Origin: Bacilli bacterium
GTDB lineage: Bacteria > Bacillota_I > Bacilli_A > RF39 > UBA660
NCBI GenBank assembly: GCA_017462455.1
Contig: JAFTRC010000048.1
Location: 20,304-84,303 of the forward strand
Reading direction: 5' to 3'
Length of the DNA stretch: 64,000 bases
In this document: positions 1-10,138 of the stretch, piece after piece
Numbering within the stretch: position 1 is the first letter of the stretch
Layout of the letters: the number at the start of each line of letters is the position of its first letter
Made by a program: the position numbers and the translations under genes
Notes under the pieces: generated by a model
Told to the model about the DNA's origin: nothing
Seen by the model: only the letters and a program-made list of their open reading frames with translations
The model's database searches: none

Positions 1-386
1 AAGAATTTTACTATTTAAATCAATATGGTGATACAATTTTTGAACAATATTATTTATATTTCACTTTACAAAATGAAACAGATGCAACTTTACCTAACGA
101 AGATTGTACAGTTGTTGGAGTAAGAGTTGGTAATTTAACTGATCCAATTACGTATTTTGATAAAAATATTAAATTTACTTCTAAAAAATTATATACAGGT
201 ATAGAAATGACAGAAGATAAATTAGTAAAAACATTTGGTAAGTATGATGATTTTAGTGCTTCCACATATAGGTATGATAAATTTGAATATGGAATGAGTA
301 CAAATTATTCATTTCAAATTTCTACTAAAAATGATGTGATTTCTCAATTAGAAATAAGTTGGATCGACAAAACAAGAGATGAATAG
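1..386 (+). CDS. Hypothetical protein, 3' portion (5' end outside the window)
   Basis: Open frame from position 3 to the TAG at 384-386 with no internal stops. It is missing from the ORF track because there is no Met start inside the window. Confidence 0.4.
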   Translation, partial: EFYYLNQYGDTIFEQYYLYFTLQNETDATLPNEDCTVVGVRVGNLTDPITYFDKNIKFTSKKLYTGIEMTEDKLVKTFGKYDDFSASTYRYDKFEYGMSTNYSFQISTKNDVISQLEISWIDKTRDE

Positions 387-409
387 TAATCAGAGTGAGG
401 TGAAAAGTA

Positions 410-1033
410 ATGAAAAAAATATTATTAAGTATATTATGTGCAATAATGATTGTAGGTCTTGCTGGATGTGGTAATTCTAATAATACTGATTTAACTGAAA
501 ATAATGATAATTTAAATAATTCAGAAAATCAAAATAGTAAAACTGATTTTTCTAATAAATTAACATTTATGGGTTACGATATTAGCTATCCAAGTGATGC
601 AGGAAAAAATTCATCAGATTATGGTAATTTGCTTGGAACAAGTGAATATATTGTAATTGTTGAAGCACCATCAACTGCTGGGATATTAAAAGAAGTGTCT
701 AATATAAATGACGCTCCAAAAGTAGTAGAAGAATATGTGCTTTCAACATTAGAACATAAAGTTCGTTCGCTTTTTAATTTTGATAGTACAGAGCAAATAA
801 CTGAAAAAACAACTAAAACAACTAAAAATGGAATAGAAATGCTTCGTGCAGAAGGTGTATTTAAAAATACTAGAGATAATACAGAAGTTGAATTTGTGGC
901 TTATTATTTATTAGCAGGAGATAATGGTAATATGCCAGTATATCTTGTTGGTATACCAATGAAGGATTCTACAATTTCTATTAAAAACATAATGGATGAA
1001 ATGTCATCACATATTACGAAGTATAAAGGTTAG
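410..1033 (+). CDS. Putative lipoprotein
   Basis: N-terminal signal peptide with lipobox L-A-G-C-G, N/S-rich linker, RBS GAGGTGA upstream. Confidence 0.6.
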   Translation: MKKILLSILCAIMIVGLAGCGNSNNTDLTENNDNLNNSENQNSKTDFSNKLTFMGYDISYPSDAGKNSSDYGNLLGTSEYIVIVEAPSTAGILKEVSNINDAPKVVEEYVLSTLEHKVRSLFNFDSTEQITEKTTKTTKNGIEMLRAEGVFKNTRDNTEVEFVAYYLLAGDNGNMPVYLVGIPMKDSTISIKNIMDEMSSHITKYKG

Positions 1034-1043
1034 GAGTGATAAT

Positions 1044-2207
1044 ATGGATCAAAATAATAATTTTAATACACAGGGGTATAACAATTTTACAAATAATCAA
1101 CCAAATACAAATATGAATAACAATTTTTATCAACCACCGATAAATAATCAAGTACCAAAGAAGAAATTTAATATGGGTTTAATTGTTGGTATTGGTGTTG
1201 TTGCAATAGTTGCTGTTGTGGGCATTGTTTTTGGTAGTAAACTTCTATCAAATAACGATACAAATAATTCTACTGGTGGATCTTCTAATAATGAAAAAGT
1301 AGATGTTGTATATTATGATAACTCTAGAGAATTAAAAGATAGTTATACATTTAAAGAAGCGGTAAGTAAGTTTGCATTTAAAGTAAATGAAAGCACACTT
1401 ATATTTGAAGAAAATGATAAAACAACTTTAGAACATATTATGCAAGAAGAAACAAAACACAATGATCTATGGAATGCTCAATTTGAATATAAACAAGATA
1501 TTTATACTTCAGTAGGACAAATATATGTAGGCGAAAGTAGTGCTACAACATTAGAAGAATTTGTAAATAATTTTAAAGTTGGTAAATTAAGTGAAAATAC
1601 TACTTGGGAAGTAGAAAATGTAAATATAGTTGATGCAAATAATGACTATGTTTTTGCATCTTGGACTAATAAAGGTTTAGTAACAAATTATGAATACTAT
1701 TTTGCTAAAATAATTGGAAGTAAAATTTATTATGCTTATAATAGTTCAGTTGTTTCTTATAATGATACAAAGTTTGCTTTATTGCTACCACAATTTAAAG
1801 AGTTCTTTACTTGTTTAAAAGAGGATGATGGCAAGGAACCATACATATACGACAAAATAATGAATGTGCCTATTGTTTTAAATAAGAGAATAAAAAATAT
1901 TGATTATATCTATGGAATAATAAATAGTGATACAGGTTATATAGATGGCTCAGTTAGTTTGAATAAAGAAGATACTACTGATTTTATTACTATAGAATAT
2001 GGTGCAGATGGTTATTATAATAAAATTGATTGGACAAAAAAATTAGATTCTAATATTCAATATATGAGAGAAGATAGTGAGAACTTTTATGGAATAAAAG
2101 ATAATGGAGTTGTTCAAATAATTCAAATTCAAAATTATAATGATGATGAAGTTAAAAATCTTGACGAACTTAATGGTTTTATGAAAGCGTATTTAACAAA
2201 TAAATAA
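1044..2207 (+). CDS. N/Q-rich single-pass membrane protein, paralog of 3206..4744
   Basis: Start refined to MDQNNNF (ATG 1044, RBS GGAGTGA). N/Q/Y-rich N-terminal segment, then one TM helix (GLIVGIGVVAIVAVVGIVFG), then a large extracytoplasmic domain. Confidence 0.55.
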   Translation: MDQNNNFNTQGYNNFTNNQPNTNMNNNFYQPPINNQVPKKKFNMGLIVGIGVVAIVAVVGIVFGSKLLSNNDTNNSTGGSSNNEKVDVVYYDNSRELKDSYTFKEAVSKFAFKVNESTLIFEENDKTTLEHIMQEETKHNDLWNAQFEYKQDIYTSVGQIYVGESSATTLEEFVNNFKVGKLSENTTWEVENVNIVDANNDYVFASWTNKGLVTNYEYYFAKIIGSKIYYAYNSSVVSYNDTKFALLLPQFKEFFTCLKEDDGKEPYIYDKIMNVPIVLNKRIKNIDYIYGIINSDTGYIDGSVSLNKEDTTDFITIEYGADGYYNKIDWTKKLDSNIQYMREDSENFYGIKDNGVVQIIQIQNYNDDEVKNLDELNGFMKAYLTNK

Positions 2208-2217
2208 GGATAGTATT

Positions 2218-2676
2218 ATGGATAGTTTTAAACAATTTCAAGAATTAATTTCAAATATAAATATTGATCCAGTAATAGCAATAGGTGTAATAGTAATTAT
2301 TGCAACATTTATAATAGAGTTTGTTTTAGTCAGTAAAGGATATTTGAATTTTGGTAACAGTAAAAAGAAATTAGATAAAGCAGTAAAATTAAATCATCAA
2401 ATAAAAGCTAAAAGAATTTCTTATTATGATGATGATGTAACTGGTACTCAAGTTGATTCATGGTATCATGCTAAATATGAGTATACATTAAATAATAAGA
2501 AAAAAATATATAGATATTTAAGTAGAAAGCAACCACCATTAATATTGAATTTATATTATGTTAATAATCCACGTAAGGTATTTCATTATGAAGATAAAAA
2601 ATCATCTATATTAGATTTATTAATATATATTATTCCTTTTGCTTTGGGAATACTTATTATTAATTTATTAAAGTAA
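2218..2676 (+). CDS. Small membrane protein (TM at both ends), paralog of 2692..3192
   Basis: Shares the motif PP(L/R)(I/V)LNLYY(V/L)N(N/S)P.K(V/I)F with the next ORF. Confidence 0.55.
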   Translation: MDSFKQFQELISNINIDPVIAIGVIVIIATFIIEFVLVSKGYLNFGNSKKKLDKAVKLNHQIKAKRISYYDDDVTGTQVDSWYHAKYEYTLNNKKKIYRYLSRKQPPLILNLYYVNNPRKVFHYEDKKSSILDLLIYIIPFALGILIINLLK

Positions 2677-2691
2677 AATAAGAGGTGTAAA

Positions 2692-3192
2692 ATGGAAAAT
2701 GAAATAACATTGAAAGATGCTTGGACACAATTATTTGGAGATAATCCAATAAGTTGGTTAAAATGGATATGTGTGTTTGTCGTGTTAGGATTATCCTTTT
2801 ATATTCTTGTTTATAAATTGTTTGGAAAACTGGAATATAAAACAGATATAAAAAGAAAAGTAGAGAAAGCGAAAGCAAAAGGTAATGTGTTAAAAGGCAT
2901 CTTAGTTAAAACTAAAATTAGACATCAAAGAAATAGCACAAAAAGAACATTTAGAGGTGTGTATGAGTATGAAATTAATGGAAAGAAATATCATTATTCA
3001 ACTTTCTTTCCTGATGAAATACAGCCACCACGTGTTTTAAATTTATATTATCTTAATTCTCCCAATAAGATATTTTGTGAAGAAGAGTATGAATGGAAAC
3101 CTTTTATTGGAGTTATATATATAATTAGTATTTTATTATCGTTTGTAATAGCAGGATTTGTTGCAAAGTGGTTAGGTTTAATTAATGTTTAG
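2692..3192 (+). CDS. Small membrane protein, paralog of 2218..2676
   Basis: RBS AGAGGTG; same conserved motif; TM helices at N and C termini. Confidence 0.55.
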   Translation: MENEITLKDAWTQLFGDNPISWLKWICVFVVLGLSFYILVYKLFGKLEYKTDIKRKVEKAKAKGNVLKGILVKTKIRHQRNSTKRTFRGVYEYEINGKKYHYSTFFPDEIQPPRVLNLYYLNSPNKIFCEEEYEWKPFIGVIYIISILLSFVIAGFVAKWLGLINV

Positions 3193-3205
3193 AAGGAGTG
3201 ATAGA

Positions 3206-4744
3206 ATGGATCAAAATAACAATTTTAATACACAGGGGTATAACACATTTACGAATAATCAATCAAATACAAATATGAACAACAACTTTTATCAACAACC
3301 AGTAAATAATCAAGCACCAAAGAAGAAACCTAATATAGGTTTAATTGCTGGTATTGTAGGTGCAGTAGCAGTTATTGCCACAATAGGTATAACTTTTGCT
3401 TTAAAAGGAAATAGTGGTAGTTTATTTGGAAATAAAAGTACAGTTAAATTATATTCTGATAGTTTAACTTTAGCAGATGGTGATACACATAAATATAATT
3501 TATACAAAGAAAATGGTAATGAAGTTAATATGAAAATATATAAAATGACTGATTACCTAGTTGCATATCAAAATGTAGATAAAGATTATAATTATTTTGG
3601 ATTTGCTTTTTATAATTTAGATAATGAGAAAAATTATGTGCTAGAAACAACTGATTTAGGACATAATGTTGAAAATTCAGGTTATATAAATACAGATATA
3701 GAGAAAAAGGAAGCAGATTTCACTAATATACACGATATTGCTATTAAATTTGGAAATAGCAATGGTGCCAATGAATATTCTAAAGAAAATGCAAAAGTTG
3801 AAAAAATAAGTAATACGACTTCTAAAGTAACATCAGTAAAAACTTGGGGAGAAGAAAAATATACATATTTTATAGATATAGATGATTCGCATTATTTCGA
3901 AATAAAAGTTACTTGTAATCCAGCGACAGGTTGTGATTTAGATTCTGAAACTACAAAAGGAACTTTAAAAATATTTGAAAATCTTAAAATAGAACTAGTA
4001 GATGATAATGATAAAGAGAATGTTGGACAAACCAATAATAAAAATTCAATAGATGAAAGATTTGAATATTATTTTGCCTTCAAAGATATTGATATAAAAA
4101 AATTTGATAAGTCTAAATCATTAAAAGGTATAAATGATTTTAATGGTAATGAGGTAGCTACATATCCTATTACGTACGAAAAATTAAGTTCAAAGTTAAA
4201 ACCTTATTATGAAAAAAAGGGACAATACTTTGATGAATGGTTAGAAACCTCTGTTGTAAGTAAACCTGAAATACGTTGGTGTGCTAATGGTAGTAGTGAT
4301 TGTTATTTAACTACTGACTTTTATAATAGTAATAATACTTCCATATCAGACGCAATGAAAAATCATAAGTTCTATATAGAAATAAGTGGTTATGGGTATA
4401 ATACAATATTAGGTCTTCCTGAAGATAATTCAAAAGAAGATATCGATATTGTTCTTGAAAATTTAGGAAATCCTAATGAAATTTATATTCATTCTGAAGT
4501 TTACACTAATAAAGAAAATGCTGATTATTATTTAGTATATAATTATAATGATTATATGTTGGCTTTCAATTTTACTGAAAGTTCTAATGCTGATAGATCT
4601 AAAGATTCTGCTTTATATATAGCACCTCATTTAGAGAATATTTATTATATTGATGGTAATTCATTTAAAGATTCAATAAATGCTATTAAAAGTGGTACAT
4701 ACACCAATTATTATGATAAAAATATTGATATAGTTTTAAAATAG
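3206..4744 (+). CDS. N/Q-rich single-pass membrane protein with large extracellular domain
   Basis: Start refined to MDQNNNF (ATG 3206, RBS AAGGAGTGA). The first ~50 codons are ~88% identical in DNA to 1044..1195. Confidence 0.55.
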   Translation: MDQNNNFNTQGYNTFTNNQSNTNMNNNFYQQPVNNQAPKKKPNIGLIAGIVGAVAVIATIGITFALKGNSGSLFGNKSTVKLYSDSLTLADGDTHKYNLYKENGNEVNMKIYKMTDYLVAYQNVDKDYNYFGFAFYNLDNEKNYVLETTDLGHNVENSGYINTDIEKKEADFTNIHDIAIKFGNSNGANEYSKENAKVEKISNTTSKVTSVKTWGEEKYTYFIDIDDSHYFEIKVTCNPATGCDLDSETTKGTLKIFENLKIELVDDNDKENVGQTNNKNSIDERFEYYFAFKDIDIKKFDKSKSLKGINDFNGNEVATYPITYEKLSSKLKPYYEKKGQYFDEWLETSVVSKPEIRWCANGSSDCYLTTDFYNSNNTSISDAMKNHKFYIEISGYGYNTILGLPEDNSKEDIDIVLENLGNPNEIYIHSEVYTNKENADYYLVYNYNDYMLAFNFTESSNADRSKDSALYIAPHLENIYYIDGNSFKDSINAIKSGTYTNYYDKNIDIVLK

Positions 4745-4775
4745 TTTATGATTTAAATGGTAGGAGGAATTATAG

Positions 4776-5039
4776 ATGGCAAAGAAAACAAAAAATGTTC
4801 TAAATAAAAAAGTAGATTTAAACAAAAAAATTGATTTGAATAAAGAAGTAGAGCCACATGGAATGATTTATGGTTTAATGATAGGTGCTGTTATAGGAAT
4901 GGTATTATCATTAATATTTGAAGTTGATATGGGGTTTGCTTATGGTATAGCACCTGGATTATTAATAGGAATAATAATTGATTGTTGTAATGCAGAAAGC
5001 AAGAAAAACAAAAAGAAAAAAGTATCAAAGAAAAAATAA
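4776..5039 (+). CDS. Small lysine-rich membrane protein
   Basis: RBS GGAGGAA; central hydrophobic hairpin; K-rich termini. Confidence 0.45.
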   Translation: MAKKTKNVLNKKVDLNKKIDLNKEVEPHGMIYGLMIGAVIGMVLSLIFEVDMGFAYGIAPGLLIGIIIDCCNAESKKNKKKKVSKKK

Positions 5040-5040
5040 C

Positions 5041-5484
5041 CTATTTGGTTATTTTTTTTCGCCCTAATACTTTATCTATAGAAAAGTTTTTGTATATTAA
5101 GGATAGACTATATAGAAAGTTTGTAGGTATCAAGTTTCTTGCATTTTCATAATGTGCGTATGCAGATGAACTAGTATTGAGAACTTGTGCTATGTCTTCT
5201 TGTGTTTTATTGTTTTGTTTTCTAATTGTTCTTAAATTTCTACCAATTAATTTTAGATCAATTTCTAATGGCTCATACAACTCATTAAAATCTTTTAAAC
5301 CAAATAAGTAATCCAAACTATAATTATACTTATTTGCATATTTAATCAATTGTTTTAAAGGGATAGTATCTTTACCTGTTTCATACCCAGAAATTGTTGA
5401 ATAAGAAACCTCAAATAAGGGTATTAAATCCTTTTGTTTTAAATATAATGACTCTCTTGTATCTCTTAATCTTTTTACAATCAT
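5041..5484 (-). CDS. XRE-family transcriptional regulator with two tandem HTH domains
   Basis: Two helix-turn-helix XRE-like segments (…QKDLIPLFEVSYSTISGYETG… and …QEDIAQVLNTSSSAYAHYENA…). Transcribed divergently from the 5571 operon. Confidence 0.7.
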   Translation of the reverse strand: MIVKRLRDTRESLYLKQKDLIPLFEVSYSTISGYETGKDTIPLKQLIKYANKYNYSLDYLFGLKDFNELYEPLEIDLKLIGRNLRTIRKQNNKTQEDIAQVLNTSSSAYAHYENARNLIPTNFLYSLSLIYKNFSIDKVLGRKKITK

Positions 5485-5570
5485 TTACTCTCACCATATT
5501 AATTTTTCCATTAATTTGGGGAAATAGACCAAAAATGTGTTATAATGAATAATAGAGAGGAGTAATAAAT

Positions 5571-5849
5571 ATGAAAGAAACAAATGGAATAGTTATTGAT
5601 TTAAAAATTAAAGGTATAGATTCGCCAACTATTGCAATAGTTGAATATGAAGTAGAAGGCAAAAAATATACTATTCAAGAATCTTTAAAACTTGAAAGTA
5701 AGGCAATTAAACTAGGTTTCTTACCTATAGGTCAAAAGAAAGTTCCAAAAATAAAATGTGAAAAGGGTGGAAAAGTTGTAGTTGTTTACGATAGTAAAAA
5801 ACCACAAAAAGCCTATTTAAAAGGTAATGAAGGTAAAGTAAATTGTTAA
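5571..5849 (+). CDS. Hypothetical small soluble protein
   Basis: RBS GAGAGGAG; first gene of a tightly packed + strand array. Confidence 0.5.
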   Translation: MKETNGIVIDLKIKGIDSPTIAIVEYEVEGKKYTIQESLKLESKAIKLGFLPIGQKKVPKIKCEKGGKVVVVYDSKKPQKAYLKGNEGKVNC

Positions 5850-5861
5850 GGAGGTGGCAAA

Positions 5862-6320
5862 ATGAAAAAGAAAAGTAATAAAATAATTATTATAATTGGT
5901 ATTTTCTTAATTGTAGGAATTATTGGATTTTATGTTTGTAATAAAATATATAAAGATAATAAGGTACCAAATTATGATTTTAATGCTACTTGGTCTTGTA
6001 GTAAAACAGATTCGGATCCAAGTAGAACATATACATTCAAGGAAAATGGTGATGTAAGAGCTGAATTAGATTCTAATCCTGAAGACAATTATTTAGTTGG
6101 TACATATAAAATATTAGACTCTGAAATGGATATTAGTGTTTATTCTGGAGAACGTGAGGGAAAAACTAAACGTTATGATTTAAATATATCATTTAGCGAA
6201 TATGTTGAAAAAGGCGTTGATAGAGCCAAAGATTCTGTAAAATGGTATGTGGAAGTATATAATGGAAATTATATGAGATTAACATTACCAGGCGGTAATT
6301 ATCATTGTACAATGAAATAA
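5862..6320 (+). CDS. Hypothetical membrane-anchored/secreted protein
   Basis: RBS AAGGAGGTG; N-terminal signal anchor. Confidence 0.5.
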   Translation: MKKKSNKIIIIIGIFLIVGIIGFYVCNKIYKDNKVPNYDFNATWSCSKTDSDPSRTYTFKENGDVRAELDSNPEDNYLVGTYKILDSEMDISVYSGEREGKTKRYDLNISFSEYVEKGVDRAKDSVKWYVEVYNGNYMRLTLPGGNYHCTMK

Positions 6321-6335
6321 TAAAGGAAGATTTAT

Positions 6336-6794
6336 ATGGCAAAACTCACAAAGAAGAAAAAAGAGAAAATTGCTAATACAATATTATATTGTGTTATAGG
6401 TGCTATTGTTTTAGGAATAATTGGTTTTGGTCTTTATATTAAATTAAGTGGTAGAGGTAATACGGATATATCAGACAATGAATGGAATTATATGATTAAC
6501 TATATAAATGAAGAATTTGGTAATGGTGAAGAAATACATATTATAAGTAAAGATGTTGATGAAATAACTAAAACTGATTCTTATAAAAATCCAAATAAAG
6601 ATTATCCAACAACTTATACAAAAACATTAGGTGCAAGAGTTTCAATAGTAGGATACTTTGATTCTCAAGATAAAATATATAGTATAGGGTTTGTTAGATA
6701 TAATAGCGATCACGGAATATATAAAGCGGGTGAACTTACGTTTTCTGCAGTAGCGTCAAATTATTCAAAAGATGAATATTTAAAAAATAAGTAA
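6336..6794 (+). CDS. Hypothetical membrane-anchored protein
   Basis: RBS AAGGAAGA; single N-terminal TM helix. Confidence 0.5.
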   Translation: MAKLTKKKKEKIANTILYCVIGAIVLGIIGFGLYIKLSGRGNTDISDNEWNYMINYINEEFGNGEEIHIISKDVDEITKTDSYKNPNKDYPTTYTKTLGARVSIVGYFDSQDKIYSIGFVRYNSDHGIYKAGELTFSAVASNYSKDEYLKNK

Positions 6795-6814
6795 AAAAGA
6801 GAGAGGTAGAGATT

Positions 6815-7522
6815 ATGGCTAAAGGAAAAAGTGAATACACAATTCAATTTAATTGTGATTCAAATGCTGTAAATACATTGATACAATCATATTTACAAGC
6901 AAATGGTTTTCAAATTTATGAAAAAAAAGGGGAACAATATTATAGAGCAGGAGATCAAATGTTAGGTTACAGAGGATTTACCTATACATTTAATGGTCAA
7001 AACTTAATAATTAATGCTTGGTTAGATGGAGCATTAGGAGATTTTAAATTAGAACAAAATAATATGATGGCAGTTAATTATAGAAATTCATTAGGTACTT
7101 TATTTAATGAAATATCTAAATTAAACAATGGAGGAGTAAATATGAATAATGAAATTAATGGACAAGTTCCAAGTCAAAATGGTAATAATAATCAAATGAA
7201 TTATGATCCTAATACAGGACAACCAATTAATCAAAATAATTTTCAACAACCAGTTCAAAATAATGCTAATCAATTTGCACAAACATTCCAAGATGAAACA
7301 AATAAGAGAAAAGAAAAATTATGTGAAATTGGTTTTTGGCTTTCAATATTAGGTGTGTTAGCAGCATTAGGTGGAGTAGCAATGGGATTATTAGTATATG
7401 TAATGGATTTCTATTTTGCTTCACAAGGATTGAAAACTAAAAAAAGAGGTAAAGCAATAGCAACTATTGTATTATCAATTATTTCAATTTTAATTACTAT
7501 ATTATTATTAATGTCAGCTTAG
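6815..7522 (+). CDS. Hypothetical protein: globular N-domain, N/Q-rich linker, C-terminal 2-TM anchor
   Basis: RBS GAGAGGTAGAG. The N-domain is paralogous to the domain in 9109..9672 (…GF…YY…FTF…LII..WL pattern). Confidence 0.5.
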   Translation: MAKGKSEYTIQFNCDSNAVNTLIQSYLQANGFQIYEKKGEQYYRAGDQMLGYRGFTYTFNGQNLIINAWLDGALGDFKLEQNNMMAVNYRNSLGTLFNEISKLNNGGVNMNNEINGQVPSQNGNNNQMNYDPNTGQPINQNNFQQPVQNNANQFAQTFQDETNKRKEKLCEIGFWLSILGVLAALGGVAMGLLVYVMDFYFASQGLKTKKRGKAIATIVLSIISILITILLLMSA

Positions 7523-7541
7523 CAATTTTAGGAGGTAATTA

Positions 7542-8366
7542 ATGAGTAAGTTTACAAAGTATACTACGACCATAAATGCAGTTAATAATTTGGCTGAAGT
7601 TGAAAAACAAGTTAATGAGGTCAAACATTCTAATCTTACTGAAGAAGAAAAAAACAAAGCATTAAAATCACATAACAAAATGGTGAAAACGGTAGTTTGG
7701 TTTGTTATAGGTCTTGTTGTTGCTATGGGAATATTTATGACTATTGGTTTTTCCATAAGTGGTGAAATGGGAGCAATTTTTGGGGCAATTTCTATGGTTG
7801 CAATGACAATAATTTTAATTGCTTTTCTTATTATAATTAAAAAGAAAAAATTATTTTCAGATTGGCAAAATGCTTATGAAAAAGTTGATAATGGTTTTGA
7901 TGGTCTTTCTGAAAGTGAAATAAATCAATTAAAGCCACAAAATAATGAAGAAAAAGTTATAAAATATTATCAAAAACAAAGTTTGAAATATGGAATTATA
8001 TTTTTAATAGCAATCGCTATTGAATTTTCAATTCTTTTAGGAATCGGAGTTCCTGTCTATTCGCCAATAACTATAATAATTACAATAGTAATCACAATAG
8101 TTTGGTATATTAAGCAAGATACTTGCCAAGTTGAAATTCATAGAATTAAATCAGGATATTATAAAAAAAGTTTTGGTTTCTTATGTCAAAACTGCAAGAC
8201 TGAAGTAAAAATTAAATTTGAAGAAATTGACAAATATAATTCTTTACCAAGAAATGAAAGTGGTATAAGAGTTATGCCTTGCCCTAAATGTAATAATCCT
8301 GTTCCATTTTATAATTTTGATATAACTATGCAAGATTATAAAAAATATTTAGAAAAAATTAAATAA
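7542..8366 (+). CDS. Polytopic membrane protein with C-terminal zinc-ribbon-like CxxC…CxxC
   Basis: RBS TAGGAGG; 4+ TM helices; CQNCKTE…CPKCNN at the C-terminus. Confidence 0.5.
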   Translation: MSKFTKYTTTINAVNNLAEVEKQVNEVKHSNLTEEEKNKALKSHNKMVKTVVWFVIGLVVAMGIFMTIGFSISGEMGAIFGAISMVAMTIILIAFLIIIKKKKLFSDWQNAYEKVDNGFDGLSESEINQLKPQNNEEKVIKYYQKQSLKYGIIFLIAIAIEFSILLGIGVPVYSPITIIITIVITIVWYIKQDTCQVEIHRIKSGYYKKSFGFLCQNCKTEVKIKFEEIDKYNSLPRNESGIRVMPCPKCNNPVPFYNFDITMQDYKKYLEKIK

Positions 8367-8381
8367 AGAAGTGAGGTAATT

Positions 8382-9092
8382 ATGAAAAAGAAATTATTAT
8401 TAAGTTTATTATGTGGTGGTCTTGTTTTAGGACTTGCTACTGGGTGTGGAACATCATCTACTGATGATTCAAAAAAATATGATATTAATGTTAATGCATC
8501 TGAAAACATTGATGTAAAAACATATGTAGATCACGATAAAGATTATTTAATTGTTTATTTAACAAACAATAATGATTATAATATTGGAAGTTTAGATGTT
8601 GATGCAAAATTTTATGATGCAAATGGAAATAATTTAGGTGATGATTCAAACACATTCCTAGATTTTGTAAGCGGTGGTAATTATGTATATACAGTAGATT
8701 TACCACACGATGATGATTATAATAATTATGTGCCTGAAAAGATTGATTTATCTATTCAAATAGATCAAGAATATCAAGACTATGTTGATGGTGGTACTTT
8801 ATATAACGATAAAGTTGTTACTAGTTATACTAAATCAGGTGATGAAATAAATGTTACTATTAAAAATAATTCGGGTGTAGAATTATACACAGTTGATGTT
8901 GCAGTATTATTTATGAAAAATGGTAAACCTATTTATGTAGATGGTATTAGTTCATATTTAGAAGCAGGTGAATCTGAAACTGAAAGTATTGATATTCCAG
9001 AAGATTGGGAAGCATCTGAAAAAGCAGATGAAGATGTTTTAATAGATTTCGATTCAATTGAATTTGTAGTTAATAGAGCATCAGCAGAATAA
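8382..9092 (+). CDS. Putative acidic lipoprotein
   Basis: RBS GTGAGG; signal peptide with lipobox L-A-T-G-C-G. Confidence 0.6.
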   Translation: MKKKLLLSLLCGGLVLGLATGCGTSSTDDSKKYDINVNASENIDVKTYVDHDKDYLIVYLTNNNDYNIGSLDVDAKFYDANGNNLGDDSNTFLDFVSGGNYVYTVDLPHDDDYNNYVPEKIDLSIQIDQEYQDYVDGGTLYNDKVVTSYTKSGDEINVTIKNNSGVELYTVDVAVLFMKNGKPIYVDGISSYLEAGESETESIDIPEDWEASEKADEDVLIDFDSIEFVVNRASAE

Positions 9093-9108
9093 TTAGGAGT
9101 AAATCAAT

Positions 9109-9672
9109 ATGACAGGATTATACATATTTTTAGGAATTCTATTTCTATTTGTTATTATTATCGTTGTATGGCTATTATATGCTCTTATTAAACCTACAAT
9201 AAAATTACAAAAAGCGAGAAATGGTGGTCGTACTAAATTTGAAATTGAAATAAAAGATAAAGGATATGAACATTATAAAAATATAATTGATAAATGGCTT
9301 GATAAAGTTGGTTTTGGAAAATATAATTCAAAAAAATTAGGAAGATACTATAAATATTATAATGGAGGATTACAATTTACCTTTGGATTTAATTATTATA
9401 AACAAGATGATAAGTTAATAATAGAAACTTGGTTAGTAGTTCTTGGTGCTGAATCACCAATTTCTTGGGTATCTTATAGTTATGATGAAAATGAAACAAA
9501 TTTACTTGGTAAAGTAGTAGCACATAATGAAAAAAATAAAGAGTTAGAAAAGATGCCTACAGTATTAGATCAACAAGGTAAAGACATTTATATTGATATG
9601 TTAAGAGAATTATTAGATTTGCCAGAGTATATAGTTGAAGATTATAATAAAACATTTATAAAGGAGGTATAA
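9109..9672 (+). CDS. Membrane-anchored protein with a domain paralogous to the 6815 N-domain
   Basis: N-terminal TM helix; shared motif pattern with 6815..7522. Confidence 0.5.
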   Translation: MTGLYIFLGILFLFVIIIVVWLLYALIKPTIKLQKARNGGRTKFEIEIKDKGYEHYKNIIDKWLDKVGFGKYNSKKLGRYYKYYNGGLQFTFGFNYYKQDDKLIIETWLVVLGAESPISWVSYSYDENETNLLGKVVAHNEKNKELEKMPTVLDQQGKDIYIDMLRELLDLPEYIVEDYNKTFIKEV

Positions 9673-9676
9673 ATTA

Positions 9677-10123
9677 ATGAAGAAAAGCAAAAAAATTTTA
9701 TTAAATATTTTATTTTGTGTGTTGTTCATATTTTTAGGCGGTATTATTTTAGGAATAATAGTTGATGATAATAATTTAGCATTCACTATTTGTTTTAAAA
9801 TAGTTGTTGGCTATTTAATGTTGTTATCTATCATTTCGTTTATTAAAAAAGTTAATGAAACTTCAAAAAATATACAAAAACAAAAAGTAAAAAAAGTTTT
9901 AAGACCTATAACGTGGTGTATTACTATATTGCCAAATATTACATTGTGGGGAATATTGGTAGCAATTATATTTAATAATATTTTAAATGTAGCATTAATA
10001 GTATCAGGAATTGCTTTAGCATTATATTTGATTATTATTTTAATAGTTGGTATTACATTTAATGCAAAAGAAGAAAATAAAGAAATTTATGATATTGAGA
10101 AAGATTTTAAGAAGAAAAAATAA
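9677..10123 (+). CDS. Small polytopic membrane protein (about 4 TM)
   Basis: RBS AAGGAGG; hydrophobicity profile. Confidence 0.5.
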   Translation: MKKSKKILLNILFCVLFIFLGGIILGIIVDDNNLAFTICFKIVVGYLMLLSIISFIKKVNETSKNIQKQKVKKVLRPITWCITILPNITLWGILVAIIFNNILNVALIVSGIALALYLIIILIVGITFNAKEENKEIYDIEKDFKKKK

Positions 10124-10138
10124 TAGGAGTGATAAAAA

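Noticed and set aside
996-1043. Upstream extensions of ORF-track starts (996, 3185, 12491, 13352, 14000, 27307, 27446, 30586, 32195, 32538, 36540, 36790, 47210, 51573, 56459, 61573)
   Set aside because: In each case a better-spaced RBS precedes an internal Met. The extension overlaps the previous gene or consists of the RBS itself. For 3185 and 996 the paralogous alignment starts exactly at MDQNNNF.
8491-8706. Minus-strand ORFs nested inside + strand genes (8491..8706, 15461..15727, 19684..19881, 20309..20533, 20644..20853, 26542..26886, 41394..41648, 43485..43676, 49489..49821, 59559..59801 and others)
   Set aside because: They lie fully within longer, motif-supported + strand genes, lack an RBS, and have low-complexity translations typical of antisense frames in AT-rich DNA.
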